From the sequence record SRR33789315_29: a DNA stretch of 64,000 nucleotides; one strand, 5' to 3'. The notes under the pieces are model-generated. The model ran no database searches and had not been told where the DNA came from. It was given only the letters and a program-made list of their open reading frames with translations. The position numbers and the translations under genes were made by a program. Positions 39,037 to 47,130 of this stretch are shown piece by piece. Positions within the stretch are counted from its first letter, which is position 1, and every line of letters starts with the position of its first letter.

Positions 39037-40065
39037 TCACATCAACCAGCGTCGCTTCATCAGGAGATAGGTAAAACTCAACATCACCAGACCTAATACG
39101 ATCAGATAAGCCCAATCGAAGGTCATCTCCGTTATCCTCGCGCTCTCCAGAAGAATGGACTGAAGCGGCTTGTATAGTTGATAGGACGGCAGAAACGGAG
39201 CAACAGAAGTTAATTGTTGCGATACATCTGCCATTGCCGAAGGAAGGAGATTCGGTAGATAGAAGATTACCCCTAGCGTCCTCGCGCTAGCCTGGTTTCG
39301 GCATAGAAAGCCAAGGAATACCCCAAAGGCACTGAAGCAAAAACTCCCGGCTAGAAGTATGGCGCTATAATCAAGTAAGTGCACCGGGCCAAACCTGCCT
39401 AACAGATGAAGGAACAACACAGCAGACAGGATCAACAACATTCCCAAGATTAATTTGGCTATTAACCACTGCACTTCGGTGATAGGCGTTTGGAGTAAGC
39501 CGAGTAATAGTTTTTTCTCTTTTTCTTCGGCCACCTGTGCCGGCAGAATGATGAACCCGATGAGCAAGACCAGCATCAATATCCAGGTAGGCAAAGTCTC
39601 TCGTTGAATACCACCTTGGTGCAATGATGTGATGCCTGCAATCCAGTCTGGGCCAGCGCCTTCGGATACCTTTTGTAAAGAAGAGAAAGTTTGCATGATC
39701 GATATGGTTTGAATGGAATCTTTCTTCAGGACAATCAAACCTAGCTGGGCGGTTATATCTCCATTGTTGGATATTATTCCGTCAATCTTCCGCTCTTTGA
39801 GTAATCCCATTCCCTCTTCGGAATTCTTTAGCCAAGTTACCTCGACGAGTTGATTCGCAGCATTGATGCTTTCAACGATTTCCGAAGGCAATACGTCCTG
39901 CCGCATCAATCCAATGTTGATTTTGCTCGCCTCAACGTCGGTTGAATCTACCAAGTTTAGTGTGGCAAACACGAATAAGGGGATGAAGAGAATGAGAAGG
40001 AATGTCTTGTTCTTAAACGCAATAGCCAGATCGTTGAATGCAAGCATGAGGATATTTCTCATCAT
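39037..40065 (-). CDS. ABC-2 type transporter permease
   Basis: AEEKEK..LL.TP motif, six TM helices, overlaps the ATPase stop. Confidence 0.88.
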   Translation of the reverse strand: MMRNILMLAFNDLAIAFKNKTFLLILFIPLFVFATLNLVDSTDVEASKINIGLMRQDVLPSEIVESINAANQLVEVTWLKNSEEGMGLLKERKIDGIISNNGDITAQLGLIVLKKDSIQTISIMQTFSSLQKVSEGAGPDWIAGITSLHQGGIQRETLPTWILMLVLLIGFIILPAQVAEEKEKKLLLGLLQTPITEVQWLIAKLILGMLLILSAVLFLHLLGRFGPVHLLDYSAILLAGSFCFSAFGVFLGFLCRNQASARTLGVIFYLPNLLPSAMADVSQQLTSVAPFLPSYQLYKPLQSILLESARITEMTFDWAYLIVLGLVMLSFTYLLMKRRWLM

Positions 40066-40745
40066 AATGCATACAACTTTTCATGAATTTCGGATTGAAA
40101 ATAGGCCGCAGGAGTGCCGTCGAATACGAGTTTGCTTTCGTGCAACACCATAATGCGCGTCGCGAGGCTTTTTATCTCTTCAGGTCGATGTGACGTAAAA
40201 ATAATAGTCTTACCTACTACATGCATCGCATTGAGCAATCGGTAGATCTCTCTTGTCATCTCGAAGTCGAGCCCAGAGGTAGGCTCATCCAGAATGAGAA
40301 GTTCGGGGTCTGCTAATAATGCCCGCCCGATATTGACGCGCTGCTTCAAACCTTTTGACAACGCCTGAACCTTGCTTCGCCTAAAGGGCAATAGGTTGAA
40401 TTCACCCAGTATCTCTTCCATCCGCGACATAGGGACACGGTTGAGACGGGCAAAGAGTTTTAGGTTATATTCGACGGAAAAGAAGTCGAAGAGATTGGGG
40501 ACTTCTGGAATGAAGCCCACCTTTCCAACGACTGCCATCCTGTCTCGCAAATCGATCCCGTTTATCATAACGGAACCGGTGTCTGGGACTATCCAGTTTC
40601 CCAGTATCTTCAGGAGAGTAGATTTACCGGCGCCATTGTGTCCGACAATGGCAATCAATTCGCCTTTGTCGACCTCAAAGCTGGCCGGTGCTAGCCCTCG
40701 TTTCTGATCATAGAGCTTTGAGAGATTCTTCACTTCTAGCTGCAT
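40062..40745 (-). CDS. ABC transporter ATP-binding protein
   Basis: GHNGAGKST, LSKGLKQR, ILDEPTSGLD, SH. Confidence 0.93.
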   Translation of the reverse strand: MQLEVKNLSKLYDQKRGLAPASFEVDKGELIAIVGHNGAGKSTLLKILGNWIVPDTGSVMINGIDLRDRMAVVGKVGFIPEVPNLFDFFSVEYNLKLFARLNRVPMSRMEEILGEFNLLPFRRSKVQALSKGLKQRVNIGRALLADPELLILDEPTSGLDFEMTREIYRLLNAMHVVGKTIIFTSHRPEEIKSLATRIMVLHESKLVFDGTPAAYFQSEIHEKLYAL

Positions 40746-40844
40746 AATTTTTCCGCCAACTCACTGGCAATGGCGAACATCATCAGCTTCGAAGTGTTCA
40801 TATTCACGTCTGATAGTCCAATATGAACAGAATCTCAGCGTTGC

Positions 40845-40901
40845 TTAAACCATTCTAACAATTACAATCACGAGAATGATGACTACTAATAGACCGATCA
40901 T
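40845..40901 (-). CDS. 18-aa hydrophobic small protein MIGLLVVIILVIVIVRMV (not in ORF track)
   Basis: AAGGAG 6 nt before ATG; single TM-like helix; upstream operator shared with the 3527-3715 gene. Confidence 0.6.
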   Translation of the reverse strand: MIGLLVVIILVIVIVRMV

Positions 40902-40978
40902 GATGAACTCCTTAGTGGTGAGAGTGAACCGAAGAAAGTCTTCGGGTCAGGCTCAATTTGAAAGCTACAATGAGACGT

Positions 40979-41020
40979 AGTGTGGACGTTTCAAAGGGTT
41001 CATTCTGTGCGGTAACACAC
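40979..41020 (-). promoter_or_regulatory. Putative Crp/Fnr-family operator (CTGTGCGGTAACACAC, 41005-41020) with -10 CACACT (40979-40984)
   Basis: Matches 3871-3886 at 12/16, with the same 29.5-bp centre to -10 distance. Confidence 0.5.
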
Positions 41021-41065
41021 ACAAACTTTCCCAAAATTTCCTCCAACGCACAGGTGAAAACAATA

Positions 41066-42463
41066 ATGATTAACTGCTGCAGAAACACCCTGAAGGAAGC
41101 CAGCAAGCTGCTATTTGCTGCAATGCTCTTTATGTCCAGCCTTTCCTCTCTCGCACAAAGCCCCCCGATTGTTGAGGTTTTACTTGAACATTTGCAGGTG
41201 ATCGTAGGAGATGGCACCGTGATTACCGACACCTCTGTCTTATTGCGTGGCGAGACGATAGTCGCCATCGGTCAAGACGCAGATGATCAAGTATCCACCG
41301 GCGCTCAGCGCGTCAATCTCACTGGCAAAACGCTATTACCGGCTCTGATTGATGCTCATGCTCATCTGGGCTATGAGGGCTTCGATAGCTGGGGCGCGCA
41401 GAACTACAGCCGGGACAACCTCATCGATCATCTGAATCGCTATGCCTACTATGGCTTTGGTGCGGTCTTCTCCGCTGGTAGCGATCCGGATGGTTTAGCG
41501 CTGGAGTTACAAAGATCGCAGGACAGCGGCGAGCTTGGCGGCGCTCGTTTCGTCTTTGCGGCAGGAATGGCACCACCTGGCCAAGGACCTAACAATCAGT
41601 TCTTGGTAGAAGCCTTAAAGGTAGAACAGCAAACGGGCAACACTATCCTGCGCGGACTGGGCAGCCCCGAACAAGCCCGAGGAGCAGTGCAGGCGGCAGC
41701 GGCTCTGCAGATCCCTTTTATCAAACTCTGGGTTGATGATCGCGGCGGCTCTCAGGACAAACTGCAGCCTGAGATCTATAGGGCAGCGATAGCCGAGGCG
41801 AATACCTTAGGATTGGCCGTGGTCGTTCATCAGCAATATGCCTCAGATATGCTCGATCTGATTGACGCGGGAAGTCGTGGTTTCCTGCATGGTAGATTGG
41901 AAGAAGGCTTCACCGCGGAGATCGCAGCGGCTGCCAAGCAGCACAACGTATTCATCGTGCCGAACCTAGGCCTATCGGAACTGCGCGCAGAAGCGATTGG
42001 AGACGATGAATTTCTTGCGCAGACTTTACCCAAAGAGGTTGCTGAACGACTCTCGATCTCAGCACAACGCCGAGCCTCGCCCGAGAGAGATCCCCAACTA
42101 GAACAAACGCTGCACAGCAGTTTCGACTACCTGATAACAGAGGGTGTCAATGTGGTGCTAGGCACTGACGCAGGGGCTCTTCCTGACCATCCTTTCGGCT
42201 ATACCGGGCATAGAGAGCTTGAGATATTTGTGCGCCATGGCATGAGCACCTCACAGGCTATTGCCGCAGCGACCAGTGGCGCAGCAAACGCATTGGGTTT
42301 GGCCAATACTGGTCAAATCAAACCCGGTTTCCGTGCTGACCTGTTGATACTCGATCAAGACCCTCTGGTAGACATTCGCAATACCCGTGCAATTCACCAA
42401 GTGTATTTGAGAGGGAAATTGGTAGATAGACAGACATTAGCCGCAGGGTTTATCGAGGACTGA
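41066..42463 (+). CDS. Secreted amidohydrolase family protein
   Basis: PALIDAHAH, IKLWVDD, GTDAG, G.IKPGFRADL; signal peptide; start uncertain. Confidence 0.88.
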   Translation: MINCCRNTLKEASKLLFAAMLFMSSLSSLAQSPPIVEVLLEHLQVIVGDGTVITDTSVLLRGETIVAIGQDADDQVSTGAQRVNLTGKTLLPALIDAHAHLGYEGFDSWGAQNYSRDNLIDHLNRYAYYGFGAVFSAGSDPDGLALELQRSQDSGELGGARFVFAAGMAPPGQGPNNQFLVEALKVEQQTGNTILRGLGSPEQARGAVQAAAALQIPFIKLWVDDRGGSQDKLQPEIYRAAIAEANTLGLAVVVHQQYASDMLDLIDAGSRGFLHGRLEEGFTAEIAAAAKQHNVFIVPNLGLSELRAEAIGDDEFLAQTLPKEVAERLSISAQRRASPERDPQLEQTLHSSFDYLITEGVNVVLGTDAGALPDHPFGYTGHRELEIFVRHGMSTSQAIAAATSGAANALGLANTGQIKPGFRADLLILDQDPLVDIRNTRAIHQVYLRGKLVDRQTLAAGFIED

Positions 42464-42590
42464 ACTGAAATCACGAACTCACTGCATAAGTGACATTGTA
42501 TTATCGAACTGCAAGCAACGAGACAATCAATTTGTCGTGAAAACGATGTTACTCTACGCACTTTCGTTTCTAGGCAAATTGGGGAGTCCT

Positions 42591-43292
42591 ATGCAAGCCA
42601 AATTACGCAATGCCAGCTTCTGCATCCTATTCTTAGTGCACTCCCACACTCTATTTGCACAAGAGGCCCAGTCGCCCGCGGGAATTACTTTAGATAGCGC
42701 TTGGAAGCAAGCCGTCTACCAATTTGCTGACCAGAACCTTCAACACTCTGCTTGGGGACTAGAGCACTACGAACGCAACTACTTGCTCGCCACCGAGTTG
42801 GCTAAACGAGAATCGCTTTCGGTCGATGACGAGGTCCTGTTTGCGGCGGCATTTCTGCATGATATGGGGACATTCGAACCCTATGTCGTTGCCGGAGCGG
42901 AGCATTCCCAGACCGCAGTAGACAATTTAAGCAGCGTGCTAATAGACGCCGGGTTCCCTACAGAGAAAATCGCTGCGGTAAACTCTGCGGTACTTGCCCA
43001 TATGTACTATGCCGAGGTCCCAAGTGATGCCACTGCCACAGTATTGCACGATGCAGACACATTAGACTTTCTCGGCGTGATCGGCGTGGCGCGCATAATG
43101 TCGCTAACCTCGCGACACCCCTGGGCTAGAGACTTGCAAACCGCCTTGGCAACACTCGAGAACTTCAGCAAGCAACTGCCCGACGCCCTGCGCACCGATG
43201 CGGCAAAAGAGATAGGGAGCGTACGTGCGGCCCAGATGCGCGAAATTCTGACCTCTCTAAGGCAAGAAAGCTACGATGCGTCTGCCCTATAA
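42591..43292 (+). CDS. HD-domain phosphohydrolase with signal peptide
   Basis: EHYERNY, AAFLHDMG, LHDADTLDFLG; GGGAG RBS before ATG 42591. Confidence 0.85.
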   Translation: MQAKLRNASFCILFLVHSHTLFAQEAQSPAGITLDSAWKQAVYQFADQNLQHSAWGLEHYERNYLLATELAKRESLSVDDEVLFAAAFLHDMGTFEPYVVAGAEHSQTAVDNLSSVLIDAGFPTEKIAAVNSAVLAHMYYAEVPSDATATVLHDADTLDFLGVIGVARIMSLTSRHPWARDLQTALATLENFSKQLPDALRTDAAKEIGSVRAAQMREILTSLRQESYDASAL

Positions 43293-43405
43293 AGACTAGG
43301 TAAGTGCTTCATCTTTAGTCACTCTTGCGACATTTTTTTTGGTCTGTTTTGAGACGGAATGCGTACTTTAGTACCTCCACCTATATTCGCCGAAGTCCAA
43401 CGAGC

Positions 43406-44410
43406 ATGAGCCGTCCCAGAATATTAATACTTGAAGCCAATCCTAGTGCTGCTCGTGTCCTTAAGATAGGCGTAGAGAAGCATATACCGGGTGACATCGT
43501 CACTATGGCGAGTATTGATGAGGCAATCACCGTATCCAAAACCAGTACTTTCGATATCAGCATTATCAATCATTCGATTGGCCAAGATACCTTTTCCCGT
43601 TGCTTTCGCTTGAAGAATGCGTCACGCCAAACAAAGATAGTTGTATTGTGCGCGCCCGGGAAAGACTTCAGATCGATGGAAGAGTTGCAATCCTGTTCCG
43701 ATGCGCTAGATGTTCTTCTCGAAAAACCACTCGTATTTCCCAAGCTTAAGGGTTTAGTTGATCAGTATATGGCGACTAGAGAAGTCTCCATTCAGGGCTC
43801 AAAGCAGACACTCGTGGAAAAATTTGTTCCTGAGAATATTCGAAGAGGCGACATTCAGATCAGCAATGGGGATGCCTTCATGTCGGAAAGAGCCGTACTG
43901 GTCACCGACATCCGCCGCTCTACCCAAATCATAAATCAAGCTAGCCTTTCTGACTTCTTTGAGCGAATAAATGAACACTTCACTCGCATTAGCGAGTTAG
44001 TGAACCAATATCGTGGAGAAGTCATCAAGTATACCGGTGATGGCATGCTAGCTTGCTTTGAAGGATTTGGTAGACGTCAGTTGGCTTTGAAGTGTGCACT
44101 TGCCATTGCAAATTCTGAACGAGATCAAAACAAACCATTCGATATCGGCATCGGAATAGCAGAAGGATTGGTAATGGCTGGGTTTATTGGCTCAGAATCA
44201 AGAATTTTTTATGATCTAATTGGTAAGAATGTAAACTTGGCTTATCGACTATGTGAGCAAGCCTCTCCCAACCAGATCATCTATTCCAGCGCAATCCATC
44301 AAGAAAGAGCAAATCAAGGATATGCTGCGCAGCAGCGTGAGTTGCAGTTGGCAGGCTTTGATGAGCCCGTGCAGTGCTATTGTATTTTTTCAAATGTAGA
44401 GGAATACTAG
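43406..44410 (+). CDS. Class III adenylate cyclase with N-terminal degenerate receiver domain
   Basis: VTDIRRST, IKYTGDG, YDLIGKNVNLAYRL; REC-like ILILE...FDISIIN...LLEKP. Confidence 0.88.
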   Translation: MSRPRILILEANPSAARVLKIGVEKHIPGDIVTMASIDEAITVSKTSTFDISIINHSIGQDTFSRCFRLKNASRQTKIVVLCAPGKDFRSMEELQSCSDALDVLLEKPLVFPKLKGLVDQYMATREVSIQGSKQTLVEKFVPENIRRGDIQISNGDAFMSERAVLVTDIRRSTQIINQASLSDFFERINEHFTRISELVNQYRGEVIKYTGDGMLACFEGFGRRQLALKCALAIANSERDQNKPFDIGIGIAEGLVMAGFIGSESRIFYDLIGKNVNLAYRLCEQASPNQIIYSSAIHQERANQGYAAQQRELQLAGFDEPVQCYCIFSNVEEY

Positions 44411-44413
44411 ACC

Positions 44414-44728
44414 GTGAAACTGAATCTCAGATTTTCGGAAGAACAAATTTCGCAAATTCTCGACCAGGCCTTAGTCTATCAGTGCGCTTGTCCGGCACAG
44501 GTATGCAGAGCCATTCTTGGATTGAGAGAGTTGCATCAGTACCAAGAGGACTGTTTGAATCGCACCGAGACAGATACCAAAGTGCATCAGTCGATCGGTA
44601 AGTCTGCGAGTGAATCTCACGACGTAATGGAGGCATGCTTAGAACAGATCCTCGAATTGGAGGGGTGGGATATGAGCACTCTCAAAATGCCCGAGTCACT
44701 GCGCAAACTACAAGAAAAACTACTGTAA
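44414..44728 (+). CDS. Small Cys/His-containing helical protein (YQCACPAQVC motif)
   Basis: Starts 3 nt after the cyclase stop; 104 aa with protein-like composition. Confidence 0.75.
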   Translation: MKLNLRFSEEQISQILDQALVYQCACPAQVCRAILGLRELHQYQEDCLNRTETDTKVHQSIGKSASESHDVMEACLEQILELEGWDMSTLKMPESLRKLQEKLL

Positions 44729-44750
44729 CTTAAGCTGGGCAACTATCCTG

Positions 44751-45266
44751 CTACCTATCGACGAGGTCTAGGTTGTGTTGCACCAGCTCCCTCTCCTTCT
44801 TCTTGCCAGCTTGCTCCAGCGCCCGAAGATAATCCTGCTTTGCCCCTTCCATATTGCCTACAAGATAACGCGCTGTGCCTCTGTTGTTGAGGGCGGACCA
44901 TTGCCCCGGCATCAACTCGACTGCGCGAGTGCACTCTTGCTCGGCCTTCGCGTCATCTCGCGTGGAGGTATAGACCACACACAGAGCGTTGTGCGCAAAA
45001 TATCGACTCGTTAAATCAGAGCCTGTGCTCTCGACTCGTTCTACATATTGCAGCGCCAACTTAAGTGCCGCATCAGCCTTGCCTTGAGCAAGTAGGCCCT
45101 GAATCTGATTAAATTCACTAGGCTCTTCAAGCTGAAGTGAAAGTATAGAATTAGATGCAGCCGCCGCGTTGATTCGAGTTCCAGTTAAGGGGGTTTGCCC
45201 ATAGGCGGAAAGAGACAAAACTGTCGTCAATGCGACAATCACAGACATCAGCATTTTGCTCTGCAT
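44751..45266 (-). CDS. Secreted TPR protein
   Basis: Signal peptide; HNALCVVY, ALNNRGTARYLVG TPR motifs; GGGGAG RBS. Confidence 0.85.
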   Translation of the reverse strand: MQSKMLMSVIVALTTVLSLSAYGQTPLTGTRINAAAASNSILSLQLEEPSEFNQIQGLLAQGKADAALKLALQYVERVESTGSDLTSRYFAHNALCVVYTSTRDDAKAEQECTRAVELMPGQWSALNNRGTARYLVGNMEGAKQDYLRALEQAGKKKERELVQHNLDLVDR

Positions 45267-45336
45267 AGAATTACTCCCCTTGATTGTTATAGATGGTTCT
45301 TACCGAACTATAAACCGGCAGAGACGCCTTTTTAAT

Positions 45337-47103
45337 TCAATGTGCATTCTCTGGTGGCACATTTACTCCAGCATTTAACAAAGCTTGGCGCAATGGCGCA
45401 AGCTGCGCAGTGTAGGGAGAGGAGCGATGGCTATAGGCGGCAGAGAGAGGACGCTGGACCTGCACAGAGCTAAAAGTAGCCACGTGTCTTTTAGTCTTAT
45501 GGGGACTAAGACAGGCAGGCTCGAAAACGAGTTTTGCGAAGTCTAAGAGATGGCGTATTTGTGCATCAGTATCCTCTACTAGCACGGCATGGTCGACCAC
45601 ATGAATAGATTCGGGGTGGCGTTCTAACCAAAGGGACATCATGCGCGCATGGACGCCATAGTAGTGGCCGATATCTGCGAGGCGATGTGCACATGGCCAG
45701 TCCTTAGCGAATTTGTGACGATAGATCGAAAGCCCAATATCCAAAGGTGAGCGCTGCGTATAAATAATTGGTGACTCTGGAAACAACATGCGAATCAAGC
45801 CAACTGCTCTAAAGTTAAGTGGCTGCTTGTCTACCACACAAATTGCGTCTCCAGCTTGTGGCAGCGCGGCTAGGTAGCGATCACGCCAAGCGCTGGCGTT
45901 GTGACATAACAAATCTCGTGCAGCGCTAACTCCTTGCACTCGTGCCACAGTTAATAATTCTTCGTAGATGTCATAGAGAGTCGGCAACTCACCTGCTCCG
46001 TAAACAGTAGAGTGAGAAGCGAGAATAGATTCGACCAAGGTGGTGCAGGAACGTGGCATTCCCACTACAAAAATGGGTCGCATTTTCTCAGTAGCTGGAG
46101 GGGTCGGTGGAGACGCGAGCGGCTCCGCAAACAACTCTGCGAGTATCTGCACATCATTCTCAAACTGCTTCGCTTGGTAAAGAAATCCCTCACGCTCTGA
46201 GATCATTGCGTTGATATGATTAGCGTGTTCCCAAGCAATGAATGCCTGCCCATATTCCCCTTTTCTATCGAGCGCTTCGCCCAGAGTAAACCCGAGCATC
46301 GCCCGATACTCTGGGTGCGTCGTCTTGTCTTGAAACAATTGGGTAATGATTTGAATCTCTAGATTCTGCAGCTGTCCCTCACATAGTGTGCCAAGTGCTA
46401 CATAGGCGGGTGCAAACTTAGGCAGAACCGCAATGGCGCGTCGACAATAATCTTCCGCGGCGGCGAGCTCGCCAGTCATGTGATACAGGCGGCTCAAGGT
46501 GTAAAGCAGCTCACCTGAACTTGGCGCTAATTGATGTGCTGCGTCCAGCAACTGCCGAGCAGAATCGTAATTGGTTGCGGCGATATGCAGACGCGCAGCG
46601 CTAACTAGATGGGAAGGATTATTGGGCGCTAACTTAAGCACGTGTTCAAACGCTGCGATAGCCTCTTCGAATCGAGATTCTTCGAAATGAGCACGTGAAA
46701 GTGCCTGCCACGCTTCAAGCGCTTGCGGATGAAATTCAGTCCAAGAGAGTGCGATATGCAGGAGTTCTGGCCAGTCCCTTATCTGCGCTGCTAGGGCGGC
46801 GCCTACTTGCCATGCTTGCGGGTCGGTGGGGTCTATCTTCTGAGCTTTGGCTAGAGCCTCTAGCGCTTCGGCTATATTGCCCGAACGCGCCAGAGATCTT
46901 GCCAGTAGTAATAAGGTATAGGGATGGTCTGGGTGCTGCTTTAGAACATTCTTCAACGCTACGGCAGACTCTACATACTCGCCTACCCCGTGTAGCGCTG
47001 AACCAAGCATCAGTCCTACATCAAGGTCGCCCGGGTTGCGGGCGACTGCTTGACGAAGGAGCTCTATATTCTCTGCTGCTTGACCTACTTGCGGCTGCTG
47101 CAT
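45337..47103 (-). CDS. TPR-repeat sulfotransferase family protein
   Basis: N-terminal TPRs; PIFVVGMPRSCTTLVESILASH, AGEL, VDKQPLNF, TFSSVQV. Confidence 0.9.
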   Translation of the reverse strand: MQQPQVGQAAENIELLRQAVARNPGDLDVGLMLGSALHGVGEYVESAVALKNVLKQHPDHPYTLLLLARSLARSGNIAEALEALAKAQKIDPTDPQAWQVGAALAAQIRDWPELLHIALSWTEFHPQALEAWQALSRAHFEESRFEEAIAAFEHVLKLAPNNPSHLVSAARLHIAATNYDSARQLLDAAHQLAPSSGELLYTLSRLYHMTGELAAAEDYCRRAIAVLPKFAPAYVALGTLCEGQLQNLEIQIITQLFQDKTTHPEYRAMLGFTLGEALDRKGEYGQAFIAWEHANHINAMISEREGFLYQAKQFENDVQILAELFAEPLASPPTPPATEKMRPIFVVGMPRSCTTLVESILASHSTVYGAGELPTLYDIYEELLTVARVQGVSAARDLLCHNASAWRDRYLAALPQAGDAICVVDKQPLNFRAVGLIRMLFPESPIIYTQRSPLDIGLSIYRHKFAKDWPCAHRLADIGHYYGVHARMMSLWLERHPESIHVVDHAVLVEDTDAQIRHLLDFAKLVFEPACLSPHKTKRHVATFSSVQVQRPLSAAYSHRSSPYTAQLAPLRQALLNAGVNVPPENAH

Positions 47104-47130
47104 CGCAGACCCATGTTGCTTACCTATCGC

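Noticed and set aside
17282-47103. CysD supplying PAPS to the TPR sulfotransferase as one pathway
   Set aside because: The genes are 27 kb apart under different apparent regulation, and no APS kinase is present.
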